63,925 nt of DNA, filler included, from 5 parts of 5 records of this genome joined end to end with filler, not necessarily neighbours in it, one strand, 5' to 3'. Positions 31,101 to 46,100 are shown, counted from the first letter of the whole stretch. Translations and numbers: made by a program. Notes: generated by a model from the letters alone, not told the origin.

Positions 31101-34100
31101 GCGTCGCCCACGATCACGTCGAACAAGGCACCAGGACGATTGATTATGTGACAACCAATTCCACACTCCATCTCACCGCTTTCCCATGTCATGCTACCTG
31201 CATTCTCGAGAGTCCACTCCAGTGGCATAGCAGTGACACCGCCTTCTTCCCCGGAGGTGATGGATGCAGTAGCCTCCGGGCTGATAAAGAGGTGCCCACC
31301 TCCCAGACCCGGGAGAGAGACGATTCGAGCCGTACGTACGAAACTAGCACGTCCATTGTTCACGTTATAGAGACCAGGACCTGCCAAGGAACCCGTCCAC
31401 AAGCTGTCCTCAGAGGATGAAAGGAAGAGCTTCCCACCATAATGGCCACTTCGGTTTCGGGTTCCGTTGTGATCGGTCCCGTGGAAACGTGGGTGTTCGG
31501 ACACACAATGCTCATCCGTGCGTCCTCTCGAAGTGTGATCGCGGAAACGGAAATGTCTTCTCCTCCGCTCGTACTACAGAAGGATAGCTCACTTCCCGAT
31601 TCAACAATCACACCAGCACCACCGGAAATGACAGCTGGATCGGTGATATTCATGTGTGATCCGCTACACAGAGTCACAGAGGCATTACTGGCAGGGTCCA
31701 GTGCAATGGTCCCGGAAACCGTGACGCTGGTATGATTGAAGATGAAGTCACCAGCCCCGGTTAGGATCGAAGTGGGATCGAGGATTACGTGATCCTCAGT
31801 GTCTTCCGATGCAAATGTCACAGAACTTCCACGGGCCGTCTCAAGAGTACCATTCAATATCACGTCCGATGTTAGCGTCAGGTCACCCTCCACCACGGAA
31901 ACGATTCCACCTCCCGTGTTCACAAACGGTACGTCGATGGAAACGCTTGTTCCATTGACCACATAAATCCTACCCGAGTTAAAAATGCCTCCGCTTCCCG
32001 TCATCTGAACAGGAGTCTCGCTTGTTATTGTTAGACGTCCTGTGGGCGTCACAATCACTCTTCCACCAAGAACGATATCCGCATCCGTCCAAGTGACATC
32101 ACCGTCGATAATCAGATCAGACAAGAGATAGAGTTTCCTTTCCTCCTCCTCATCCTCATCGTCCCCGCCGCCAATCGTTACTGTACCATTCGTGGTTACA
32201 TTAATACTTGTCACAGACACATTTCCGCCCGTCCATGTCATGTTTCCGGTCACAACAACCTCACCCGGTCCCGTGATCTCTCCACCCGTCAGAGTATACT
32301 CTCCGCCCGTTGTTAGCGTTGAATTGGTGTCCCATGTTCCACCGCCTTGCTCCACTGTTGATGTGGCGTTCACAGGTCCATCCTGTGTCACATTTGCTCC
32401 CGGATGAACAACTACGGGTACGTCGATCGATGTTGGTATATCGGACGAGGGGAATATCAGACCACCCCGTATGTCGATCTCTCCTCCCTCATCCACGAAT
32501 GCGGTTCCAGGAATTACGGTGATCTCACCACTCGGATCTATTGTCCACGGGCCTGTGATGGGTTGATCCTTCGGTCCAACAATAATAGGGCTTGCTATGA
32601 TCATCCCACCGTCTCCTTCAATCAATCCTCGATTGATAAGCGTGCCGCCACACGTATTGAGGAAGGCACCCTCTTCTACGGTAATCACTCCAATATTCTC
32701 TCTTCCGTTCAGCAAGCACACGACCCCACTGAAGATGTGGAAGAAGTCATAATTTGTCAGTGCCCACGGGGTAAAGATCCCCGTTCCGTGGTATTCAAGG
32801 GTACCCTCGTTCTCAAACTCGCGCATTCCACTTCCAGTCACTTCCATCGTTTTGTTGTCCCATCCGACAATATCCATCAAACTTCCGGGCAGAACGCGGA
32901 TTGTGCACGATGTTCCGTCATCGCATGTCATATCGCCCTGAAGCCATTTCAAGGAGGTAGCCACAGTTAAGGTCGTTCCTCCCATTACCAGAGGAGATGT
33001 AGTCGGTCCACTAATCACGGAATCTGTACCGCCACCAATCCATAGAGTGCTAGCAAGACCAAGGTGGCCGCTGTGGATCCACTCAAACTGAGAGGTGACG
33101 TTCACACGGCCCGTTCCGGTTATGTCGCCACCTGTCAGTGCCAAATGGCCTACAAGCACATCTCCAACAAAGGTACACGTCCCGGTTTCACTGATGGCCA
33201 AACTGGGCACGTCATATGCTCGAGAAGACGAAGAAAACAGTACCGTACCACCACCACTCACAGCCAGAGTCTGGGATGGTGCAATCCAGGTACCGTCCTC
33301 TGCCGTTAGCAGACCAGATGTTACCCGGAAGGACCCTTCGTGCCTGAATACGCTGCTTGTCGTTACAGATGCACCACAAACGGTCACATTACCAGATCCG
33401 TCGAATGTCGTTGTCACGGTACACATTCCACTTGCAAACTCGATGCCACTGGAGGGGTCCATCAGCCGAACGTTTCCGGCAAGTACACACGATGACGATG
33501 GTTCCAATACGAGAAGTCCTGAATTGCATTGAAGAACCCCTGTGGAGAAGACGGATGCCGAAAGACGCACAGAGGACTGATTCAATTGAATTAGTCCTGT
33601 GTTGCGAAGATCAACGGGCAGAATGAACGGCTCTGCACCACCACCACCAGATCGGTCAACAAATACAAGACTTCCTTCGTTGAGTATCGAGGAATCCGAG
33701 TCCGTAGAAAGCAGCTCGTATGTGTCCAAGGAGATCTCGAAAGTAGCATTCAAATGGTTGATGAAGTTGCATCCCGTTCCGCATTCGACTCCCACATTCT
33801 CCCACTTCACATCACCCTCATTGTCAAGGGTCCATTCAAGCAAGATTGGATCCGTACGAGTCGCTGATATGTCAAGAATCACATGAGCACCGTCCTGCAC
33901 ACTGAGGCGGCCACCCGCAAGCAGACTTGAACCTGCTCTCAGAATCCCCGTGTCTGCTACTACAAGAGTACCTTCTCCTTCCAGAGCACCGCTGTGATCA
34001 AGAAGGGTGCTAACGACCATACTCGATGCACTGGAGATGGAAACCGTAGAACCCGTGTCGGTTGTTAGAGTGTGTATTTCCACTTGTGTGCCGATGCACA

Positions 34101-37100
34101 TGGCTTGCACGCTTCCTGTATCCCTCACCGTAATGTAAGACACGGGAATGGAGCCAGAAGACGAGCACAGTTGAAGTACGCTGTTCGATTCGACCGTGAT
34201 ACCCTGCCCGCCAAGGATCGCACCCGTTCCCGTTACACTCATGAGACAGCTGTTCTTGAGTAGAACACTTCCCGCATCGGGTGTAAGGAACTCAAATTTG
34301 CCGTGAAGCGTCGCCGAGGCCGTATCAAAGATATATTGCCCCACACCACGTGCCACCGCAGAGGCTTCAAACACCGCTGTGTTGGTGAATGTTAGGACAT
34401 CCGTTCCGTCTGTAGTCTCCATACGGCCGACTGAGGTCACAGGGGCCGAGAACAGCAGCGATCCATGGGTGACAGTTATGTTTCCGTCGTTCACCATGAC
34501 CGCACCTATCGATACTGAAGACGTACAGCTATCGCCGCAGTCTGCAGCAACAAGGAACGATCCCCTATTGGTGAAGCATTGGAGATTTTCCATCGCCACA
34601 ACACTTCCGCTCACAGAAAGAAGTCCACCCATCTCGTTCACAAGGACGGACGTCCCTGTACCAGAGAGTGTTCCCGATAGCCATGTCCACATACCAAAGT
34701 TATGAAGCGAGGGTCCATACAAGGCCCTCATCGAAGAATCACTCAGAAGTAGCTGTGCATCACTTCCGATCCTCAGTTGCCCCGTTGTATCGCCTTCCAC
34801 AGCCGTTTCCAACCATTCAACCGTTCCTGCTTCTACACGGAGCGAAGCTTCACCCTGCAGATGGAGTGTACCATTCTCCAGTCGGGCCTCCCCTGTTGTG
34901 CGAAGTACCGAGTCCTTCACTGCCACGATGCCTGTCCCGTTGACGACAAGTTCTTCAGTTACTTGCAGTTCGCCGTATACTTCGACAGTTCCCCCAGAAA
35001 CTTGAAGCGAGTCAACAGCATAGACGTGACTTCCCGGCCGAACGAAGATGACCTTTTCATAAACGATAATCGGCGCACCTGGGTTGATGATCATTGCAGG
35101 AGGATAGAAGATAAGGGTACAGTACACCTCATAAGGTGCAGACAGTGCCAGAACATTTCGAATTTCAAGAACACCCGAAATACATCGGCCACCTGACATG
35201 CCGAGATAGCCACCCTTATTCTCAAAGGTACTACCGCACATGTCAAATTCTCCCGCGGCACCAACAATGATATTTCCCCAGTTCACTCCTCCTCCGGCAA
35301 CACAGAAGCGTCCCAGAGTTACGTACAATGTTCCATTGTTCACGAATCTAGCCCATGTCACCAATACACCTATATCTTCTTGCTGTGAATCCAGGGGGAG
35401 AATCGTGGATGTCAAGTTACCCATGTTGATGAGCGTTCCCAAGTAACTTTCTTCTCCCAGATGGGGGCTTGTACCATTGATGAACAGATCTCCTTCGTTC
35501 ACAAGTGAGCACGAGCGGCAGAGGACGTCCACCGTCTCCCAGTATCCAATACACGAAGGTTCCAGGATGATCTGGAAATCATCCGTAAGCTCAACCGGAG
35601 TTTCGTGGGTACCGGCTACAAGGAGCGACTCAGAGACGTGCAGAACACCCGATCGAAGGATACTGTCGCTCAACACACGAGCATTCTCCGTATAGACGAT
35701 TCCGCCCTCAAGGGTACCTCCTTCCTGGAAAAGTGTAGGCACGTCGAGAGTTACTGCCTCAGCAATCGCTATGGATCCACCTGTCTGGACCAGATCTGCC
35801 ATAGAAAGGGGAGCTTGTACAATTACCGAGCCACCCTCAACGTGCAAATTCTCGATCTCATGAAAACCGGCCAGTGGAGGGGGCGACGCAAAGGTGAGCG
35901 ATCCATTCTCTGCCACTGTTACGAGATCAGAAGCGAGATGGGCTGTTTCGGACACAATCAAGGATCCGCATTCCCGAACGTCAACATCTCCCGACAGTTC
36001 ACCTTGGATCGTTACGGTGCCCGAGCCCGCTACAGACACAGGACCTCCTCCACTCACCGGGACCGTGACGATGCAGGCACTATCGGCAGCACCCTGGAAT
36101 ACAACTGCCCCCTCGGGCCCCACAACAACTTCCCCACCCAACGAACATTGAGCCATGTCGATAACGAGAGTGCCTCTCTCCACAATCAAGCTGCCAGAAT
36201 TGATAAGATCAGCACCCTGAAGAACCACTTGCGTCGAAGGGTCGGCCATGTTGATCAACAGGCTGCCGTTATTCTCCAAGGTACCTTGTCCCAGAAGGGC
36301 GACATCTTGTGTGCCCTCAACGGCCAGAATACCCTGGTTCACGATCGTCGTTCCGCTTGTGAGACTCATATCACCAGAGGTCCATTCGTTGGCGGATCCA
36401 ACAGCTGTTGTAAGTGTTGTGCCGTCCATATTGAATGCACCATGGATTTCCAGTGTCGAAACTGCAATGTCCACGGGCCCCGACACACTCCCTTCGGCTA
36501 CTGTCATCGTATCCGATACAATCAGGCTTCCGTTACCGTATACAGATCCACCCGATCCCAATGCAATGTAGGGAGTTGTTAGTGAGTCACGGAAGTTGAG
36601 TGTTCCGCTTCCTTCAATAGAAAGCTCACTCGAGACCCCCAGTCCGCTGAATGCCCTCACGGTTCCATCAGGAACTTGAAGAGAATCAATAGTGTAGGCG
36701 TGTTGTTCGTCCGTCGCTGTGAACTTCACCTCGCTGTGTACAATAAGAGGTGCGCCCGGGTTCGTAACTGTTGCAGGAGGGTAGAAAACGAGCGAACAAT
36801 AGGCATCGAAGGGCTCGACAAGCGTGAGAGGGCCATAGATCTCAAGAGTACCAGACGAGCACTCTCCGAGCGGGTCACGGGTGTAGTTGGAACCTGCCCC
36901 AAACGTGAATGTACTTCCACAATTGTCAAACGTTCCTTCAGCACCGACTTCAATCAAGCCCGTGCTCGTCCCTCCTCCAGCAGCACAGAATACTCCCCGA
37001 TTCACAAGGAGTGATCCCCGATTGGTGAGTGTTGCCCAGGTTGTGAACACCGATGTTGAATCTTTCATTGTCGTATGCAGTGTTCCCCTGTTCAGAAGGG

Positions 37101-40100
37101 TCCCGGATGCAATATCAGCCCCAAGTGTATGACTGTCATCCACAATTCGTAGTGTCCCGAAGTTCTCAACACTACACTGCGTGCACACAACATCAGACGC
37201 CGCCCAACTGCCATTCCCACCCGAAACAAGTTCAAGAATAAATGAATCCAGCGTCAAGGAGGTGTTGGATGCTACGACAAGTTCCGACAGAACACGCAAA
37301 CGACCCCCTGGGCCAAGAAGTCCACCGTGCAAGGTAGCTCGATCCGCAGTCACCACACCACTACCAGAACGACTGCCGCCTTCGTGGAGCAGAACTCCGA
37401 TATCTACAGCAGCGGTGTTGATGGCTATGTGTCCGTCCTCGTGTGTCAGAGTATCCAGATGTACGGGACCCTCCATGATCACCATTCCAGCCGAATCCAA
37501 AACAGAGAGGTCTCGTACATAGTAGTGTTCTGTACTCCCAGGTGTGAAGGTTACAGTACCATCCAGGACAGTGAGTGTAGCAGTAACAGGGGAACCTTCT
37601 TCAAGGTCCAGAGAACCCGATTCCTTCACATCAAGCGAACCATCCTCTGTGAGAGTGACAGGGCTTGCATGAAGGAGGACGGAACCCGTTGAGACGTGAA
37701 CAGAACCACTACCTGTCACAGAACTATTGTTCACAAGGACACTCTGTCCACTCATTACGGACAGACAGCCGCCCGAGGCAATATGGATCGTTGTTGACTG
37801 GAACTGACTCGACGATACATTTGCCCCCGCTGCCCCTTGAAGGGTGAGACAACCACTCGAATCAATGGTAACGTCGCCATCATTCACAGAGAAGGATGTC
37901 TCAAAGGTGGTTGGGGTGGAGACAACAACACGGCCCGAGGGATTCGTCACAATCTGCCCAAGAGAACCCGCTGCGCTGGACATTGAAGCATTCGCAGTTG
38001 TAGGTGCAGCAACAAACACACTCCCAGATGTCGTTCGAAGAATACATGAGGCACAATCAATGCTTGAGCGTGTCCAGGAAACCTCGTGATCATTCAGAAC
38101 AGTCATTCCGCGCCACAAGAGAGTCTCCGAATCAGATCCGGCGATCGTCATGTGGGCGTTCTCGTCTATTTCAATGGTTCCTGTACTGGAGGTACTCGCA
38201 CCCAGCGCCCCACCACTCCACACAGCGGAAGATGTCACCACTACAAGACCTCCCTCCGGAGATGTCAACGTTCCACCAGAAAGTGAGTAGTCCGCGGTTG
38301 TCAGTGTCCCACTTGCAATTAGCATACCGTCAGTCTGTTCGATGGCGGCTGTGACATTGAGACTCTTCCCCGATACAACTTCGACAAGGGCACCCGAGCC
38401 ACTCACGGACAGAAGATCCATAGAACTATCCGAAATGCTCAAGTGAGAACTGTCTGAAACCTCCACCGCTGTGTCCGGATTCGTGATCGTCGTGTCCAAA
38501 AGGGTCACTGTACTCATTCCCTCAAAGTGCACCGATCCGGTGCCTTCAACACTCACATGACATCCGCCGTCACTCAGCAGAGAAGATGACCCTGTCACAG
38601 AAAGCAAACCACCAGATTGCACGTGAAGTGTGGTTGCATTCGAGAGATGAGAGCTTCCCGATGCCAGAGCAAGAGAGCCATCTGGGCCAACGTCACACAG
38701 GCCACCACCCGTCATGACAAGCCCGCGTTCAGCAATCGTCAGCTCGCCTTCAACTACAAGAGTTCCTGCGTCATTCACAGTGGAAACGCCCAGGGTTACA
38801 GAACTCGAGGATTCTACAGTCATGCTAGCACGATTCGTCAGCATACCGTCAAGGCCCGTTAAGGAAACAGCAGAGGGTGATGATACAACAATACTACCCG
38901 CCTCCTCATTCACAATACGACCACCCAACGTACAAGCATGATCACCACCTTCCCAGTTCCAGATTCCACCTGAGCCAATCGATATCTCGCCTCCGTTGGT
39001 GAGGACGTGTGTACTGTTGTCTCCCCCACCGTCCTCGCTCCGCCATACACCCGACACACTGAGCGTGGTTGCGTCAATTGTGCCACCAAGCCAAGAAAAT
39101 TCCCCGGCAATCGTCACATGACCCGCGCCGCTCAATTCCAATCCAGACATTTTGTACAAAGATCCAGGTGGAATTGTCAAATCACCGAGGCTTTCCACTT
39201 GAATACGCCCCTGTCCACTCTGATCGAGTCGTTGGGTAACAGAGAGATGAGCACCCGTCTCCACGGTTACATCGCCACCCGAAACGTCCAGTTCGTCGAT
39301 CTCGTACACCCGTGCAGAATCTGTCGCAGTGGGTGATGTGTGGAAAACAACGGAACCACCATAGGCAACCACAATTGGAGCGCCAACGTTCTCAACACTC
39401 GCATTGGGATAGAGGTGAAGTTCACCCGCAACCGTCAACGGACCGTCCAGCTGCAAGACGTCGTCGATGATGAGGACAGCGCCTTCTCGAATGGTCCTGT
39501 TTCCTCCTCCCTCGGTTACACCTGACTCGTCCATGCGGAAGACACCACCACACCAACCGAATTCACCTCCGGGAGAGACACGAATCATCCCAAGGTTTAC
39601 TCCTCCTCCACTTGCGCACACGGAACCAGCCTCAACTTGTGTCTCCCCACCGGCATCGTTTGTGAACCAGGATTCAATGGTGCTATTCTCGTTTCCGGAG
39701 ATAAAGGTCAACTGGCCCCTGTTGAGAAGATGTCCGCCCGCAGTCTCGTTTACAGCGGGCTCCGTTTCGTTCTGCAGCCGTACCGATCCATCAACAACGA
39801 TCTCCGCACCAGCTTTGTTAAGAACAGTGCATCCATTCGTGCACATGACATCACCGCTATGCCACTCAACAGTCTGCTGGTTCACAATCGTGAACTCAGA
39901 CACAACGCGGGAGTCGCTCAGTGTTTCGGACTGGATTGTCAGGGTACCCTCATTCACAAGAGAGCCTGGGCCTTCAAAGGTTCCACCTGTCCACAAGCAC
40001 GACTGTTCTGCAATGATTCTTCCAGCACCCGTCATGACTCCACTTCCAGACATGTGAACGTCTTGTGTCTGTACTGCACCATCAAGATGGGTGATTCCAC

Positions 40101-43100
40101 CGCTTTGGCTCAAAGAGGCGGCCACAGAGACATTTCCTAGAATATGAAGAGCTCCTCCCTCAATGCTGAGCTTGGTAACAGGGAACGTGTATGTATCCAA
40201 TGCAGGGAATGTCACTTCACCGTCCGCAACAGTGAGTGGTTGATCCGTGGCAATCACCGACAAGGCTTCGAACGTCATATGTCCCCCACGGACAAGTGTG
40301 CCCTTTTCTTGTTCAAAGACGGCGGCGTGCGATGTGACAAGCCCACGGCTTTCAATGGCTCCACCGCCGTATACGTGTGCCGTTACATTACAATCAGCAG
40401 AACTGTCGAATACGAGCGTTGCTTCACTGTCAAGAACCACAGTTCCGCCCAGGGAACACTGTCCATTCAACCGAAGAATACCCCGGTGAATATGCAAGGT
40501 TCCGTGATTGATAAGTTCAGGTTCAAGAGTCACTTCATCATCGGCTGTCATTCCGGTGTATTCCAGCAGCCCATCATTGATGAATACGCCTGCACCATTC
40601 TGACCCTTGAACAAGGTCCGAGGAGTGTCACCACCCGATCCACTTATGTCGAAGGTGCCACTGTTCTGAACAACACAATCCAGGCCGCATGTCCACGAAC
40701 CAGATGTCCACGAAGATGTTCCGTCAAGTTGAAGAGTCGTGCCGTATACTTCACTCCCACTGTCATCGCTTTGGATAAGGAGGTCCTTCTCCACAACGAT
40801 ACGGGTGTTTCCATCACCATTGAAAATCCCGGCATACCACTTCAAGGACTCGTGTACAGTCATTTCTCGTGATCCCATAACGGAACCGTACGGGGCGGCC
40901 ATTGTGAAGTCATCGGTGAAGATATGATCATTCAGAGACAGTTTCCCACCTTGTTGAATGATAGTTGTCACTTCGGCTGGATCATTGACATTGACGTCCT
41001 CACATACAAGGAGCAAGGATGCCATGAAAATCTGCGGATCTCGTTTCGAAGGACGTTCGAGATTCAGCGTCCCGCACGAGACATCCAGGGGCGATTCCCG
41101 ATTGAGTATGGTGGCATTGGTGAGCAAGTTGAGTACAGCCCCTTCCTGGAGCACGAATTCACCTCCTGTGAGGTTTCCAAGCCCCGCAAAGTCGACCACA
41201 TCACCAAAGATTCCCACGGTTCCGAGGCCCATAAGCCGGGCATCCTTTGTGAATTCGTAGATACCCTCGTGGATCTTCAATCCTCCATCCACGGAAACCC
41301 AAATGGTTCCCGTAACACGGCCAGAGGCGTGCAAATTGACATCTCCGGCATCGATTTGGAGGAATCCACGGTTCACGAAGAAGGTATCTATCGTAGTGGA
41401 ACCAATCCCTCGGTCGAGCATGTATCCCTGGTTCTCGAAGCGACTCTCGCCGTCGTCCTCTCCTGTCATCATAAGCGAGGACCCGGTTATTTCGAAGCTT
41501 GAACCTGCAGGGTTGGTAAGAACAGCACCATCGCTCAGTACGAGTTCTCCAGACGCCCATGTGGTTGTGTGTCCCAGGTGAATTTGCACAGCTGACACGG
41601 GTAGTTCGTGTATGCCGCCACTGATAACAAGATCGGATGCGGGTCCGGTGGTAAAGGTGCCATTCCCGTGCAAGGACGTCTCCGTCCACAGAATGTCCTG
41701 ATTCGCGACAACGGTTCCCGTGACATCCACAAGACCGCCAAACATGTTGTAGGTTTCATCAACGAGCAGACTCGAGGGCACATGGATGGTGCTGCTTCCT
41801 GATTGTTCCAGTTTCTCCGTGATTCGGGTCGGGGTGCGGACATAGACCTCCCCACAAAGAACCTTCAAGTTATCGATCAACACTTCGTCACTCACACCCT
41901 CCTCTGCCAAGAAGGTCACTGTGCCACAATCTACAACAATGGGAGAATTCAAATTGGACACAGATGTTTCAGGTACGAGGGTCAGGGTTGCCATGTCCGC
42001 CACGCGCATTCCATCCGCTGGTTGATTTGTGAGACTTATCATACCAGAACTCCTCAACTCCCCTGAATCCAAAAGGATAAACCCTTCAGAGGCCAGTGTA
42101 CAATCTGAACCCAATTCGTGTACTCCACCAGAAAAGGTCAGTTGGGTACCAGAAGAAACCGTCGTTGTGCAACTGCCCGCGAATGAGCTGGATGAACCAA
42201 GAACAAGATCTCCACTACTGCTGGCAAGATCAACGGAATTTGTTGTCTCAAAGCGAACATGTACAGCAAGCGGTGCCGCTACTTCCATGTGTCCGTTGTT
42301 CACGAGTGTACCAACGGGGGATGACTCAGCCGCTCCATTGAGGAGGGCCACACTCGTTCCGGACACGTCCATGATATTCTCATTCACCACAGAACATTCA
42401 CTGGAACACGAAATATCGCCAGACAGCCATGCCATCTCTCCTTCATTTCTAATGGACCAGCCATCAAGTGTAAGCACAGCAGGTGCGGGCGCATCAATTG
42501 TGATTGTTCCCGTTGTCTGTGTTTCCAGTGTTCCGCTCCCGTAGATGGCACCATCACTCCACTCAAAGGCTCCCGTCGTCATCACGAACGCAGAGGAGCC
42601 CTGAAGCACTCCACCCGTGAAGTCATAGAGTGTTGCAACACTTGTCTCTGCATCCACTCTCAATTGGCCACCCGACTGAATAATCTCATTTGCGGCTACA
42701 GGTCCATAAATATTCACTTCGCCACACGGAATCTCGATTCGCGATACAGGATACACCCAATCCGAGGTCGCTTCGAAGTTGACCGTTCCACACAAGACCT
42801 TGATGGTAGCATTCGCGAGAGAGGCCTCGGGACAGAATGTCACACTCCCCACGACGAGGAAATCATCATGAATTGTCCCACAAATTCTCACATTTGGTCC
42901 CTCCGGAATCACTACTTTACCGTAGTTCACAATTTGTGTATTCGGCCCGAGCTCAAAGTCTCCATCGCAGAAGTCCAGAGTTCCATACTCCCCAATAAGG
43001 AAGAGACTGTCACTGTAGGCTCCACCGGCCAGACAGATTCGTCCAACATCCGCCCACAAGATGGCAGGATCACCCGTGTTATTGAGGAATAGATAGATCG

Positions 43101-46100
43101 TTAGGCTTGCCTCAGAGGAAGGACCTGTGTACCGGAATGTGCCTGGGTTGGTAAGTAGTCTACTGTCGCAGCCGTCTGCGTGCAGCAGGTAGATATCAGA
43201 CGACGATGCAGGCATCACCGTGACATTTCCGTGGTTTGTTAGGGTACAGGCCTCGATATCCCCTTCTGTCCACAGAACACTACCGTACACAGCAAGTTCC
43301 CACTCAATGTGTTTCAGTTGCGGATCTTCAATGGTGAAAGTTGTTCCCTCATCCACCGTGACAACACCCGGACCAACCAGTCGAGACCCTGTCCACGTCT
43401 GATCGCTCTTGACATTGAGGGCACCCGTTCCCCTGATCTCACCGCTCTCCAGGGATCCGTTCTGCAGGAGAGAGACGGAGCCGCTGATATCCAGTGTGCC
43501 GTCGTACAAGGCCAGCAGTGAGGTGATTCGTACATCTCCGCGAACGATAACCGAGCTTGTTGCTTCCTCGACGAGCAAGGCAGCCACATTCGTGAATGTG
43601 TCGTTGTCGGGAGGAAGGGCCGCCTCGAAACTAACTTCCCCATCCTGAACACGAAGCGGCCGAGATGCATCACGGAACTCCACACCCGATTCGACGACTA
43701 CGTGGCTCGCAAGCGTAACCGCAACGAATCCATCTGTACCCAGGACCGTTGCGCCGGATTTCATCACAACGGTCGAACCTTCAAACAGGACAATTCCCTC
43801 TCCCATTGCCTGGGCTGTTCCAGCAAACTCTGCTGTGTGATCACGGAAACGTGCAAGACCACCCGCTTCTGGAGCCAGGATACCACGGATGGTAAGAGGA
43901 GCTTCAAGAATAAGCTCTCCCGGTGTAACAACCAACGTTCCTGTCTCAATCACACTTGTGGGTGCGTACACATGTGTAGTCGTGCCGGCAAACGTGCGAA
44001 CTTCACCTCCAATCTCGAACAGAACTGCACTCTCGTCACTCCACACAAGATCAAGGCCATCTACAGATCCGATTTCCCATATACTTCCTAGATCTTGTTG
44101 AATTGTACCTGTACCACCAAGGGCAATGCTTCCCTCTGTCCAGGTTGCTTGTGATGTTTCGCTGAGGTGAAGAAGGCGTTGATGGATGGATTTCTCGGCC
44201 GAACTGTTGAAGGACACCACACCGTGGGCCTCAGTCGACCCAGTGCCGTCCATGATTCCGCCACTCCACACAGTTTCCCCGAGAATCTTCAACAGACCAG
44301 GTCCATCCAGACGTCCCCCTTGCTGACTATACAAGGCCGACGTCAAAACATGCATCCGCTCGTTGAGAGTCAGTACCGCTGTTTGAACCATCTCGTACGA
44401 CCCCACAACATCCAGGCATTCGTTCACAACAACATCACCGCCACTGTGCACAACCACGTCGAGGGTAACACACGCGGCAGATGTACTTGTGAGGGTGACG
44501 ATCGGTGCCTCGGTCACAACAACCAAGCTGCCACGCGTATCGACTCCAGATTGCAGGGACACCGTACCCGCATCCATCAGAATCGTGCTACTGGAGATGC
44601 GAGTTCCTTGTAGTTCTGCATTCGCACCGTGAAAGTGAACCAAACCTGTACCCATGATCTCGGCGGTGGCCCTGATCACGTGAGACCCTTCCCAGAAACG
44701 GATCGTTCCGTTTGTTTCGGTGAGGATCGGTCCACCAAGCGACCCCGTGCCCGCAAGGGCAAGAATGCTGTTCGCAGCTCGCACAATGCCATCGGAATTC
44801 ACATGAACACGAATGATGCTGGTATCACCCGTATTCTTGTTGAGCTCGCCATCAACTCGAAGCTCACAGGAACTGCTGCCCAGCTCTTGGATCATGCTCG
44901 CACTTCCTTTCACTTCCATGGTACCGGAACTTGTGATCATCACGGTAGAATCGTCGAATAGACGCAGATCACCATCGTCCTGCCACACACACGTCCCTTC
45001 AACAGCAACATTGTGCACTCCTATGTTCTTGGTAGCACTTCCCTGCAAGAATACGTCGTGTTGGAGACGGAACGTTCCTTCTCCGGCCCAGGTCCCCGCT
45101 TCGAATGTTCCAAGAGTACGCGAAATCGCTTCTTGATCTGCGGCAACTGTCACGCTTCCACCAGTCTGGGAGAACGATGTATTGAATATTGCTGTTGCCT
45201 CCACAGAGAAGTCACCCCCGCGAAGCGCCGTCTGATCGAGGACAGATGTATCCAAAACGCGCACCAATCCCCCTTCTTGTACCAGAATGGGGATGTGGTA
45301 TTCGTCCACTACATCTGTGGGAGTAAGGTGAAGTTCACCTCCCAGAACATGGACGGGAGACAGTTCACTCAGAACAGACACGTAGTTCGAGAAGCGCACA
45401 GCACGGGTTGAATTGGCTGCAACGCTTGCCACAGTAATGGATCCGCCCGTCAGGGCGAATGTTGCTTCCACATCTGCCTCGGCATCGGTGAAGAGAACGG
45501 TTCCCTCGCCCACAGTCGTAAGAGTGTGCGTCAAGTTGTGTGGGCCCTCCATAAACTCAAGCTGCGATCCAAGCTCAAGGATAATGGAATTGTCGAACAA
45601 ACTGGACGTAGCAAGATCCAACTCACGATTCGTCTCCAGAGTAAGCTTTCCGTGATCCTCCCACTGTGCAAAGACTGTTGTCACATTACCGGATGTTTTC
45701 TTCACTTCACCCGCCACAGTGTTGTCGAAGAGACAACTCTCCCCACCGAGAAGAGAGTTCCCCCCTGTAACCGTCAGAAGATCACGATTCTCGATCCGTC
45801 CGGCATGACATTCAATGTTTCCATCCTCCCATGTTGTAGGACACAGGAAAATTATACCGCGATCTTCAATCGCCTTCACGCCGGGGGAAGCTAGTGTGAG
45901 AGCTGAGAAGAAGGGTACCCCAAATTCAACGTCCAATCCAGGACCTGCAATCACTCCCTGTCTCCAATCAAATGTACCGTCTGTACCGAGTTGGATCGAT
46001 CCGGCTCCATGGATCAGACCGCCGTCGAACAGATCACCGCCCTTGTCCACAAGACCCCGGGTGATGAGACCACCCTCAACAGTCATGATCGCACGTGTCT

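Noticed and set aside
31360-31504. Two separate genes, or a spliceosomal intron, at the junction of the 6879-aa and 1139-aa ORFs
   Set aside because: Repeat homology is colinear across the junction and a single added base restores the frame. A tiny intron cannot be fully excluded without transcripts.
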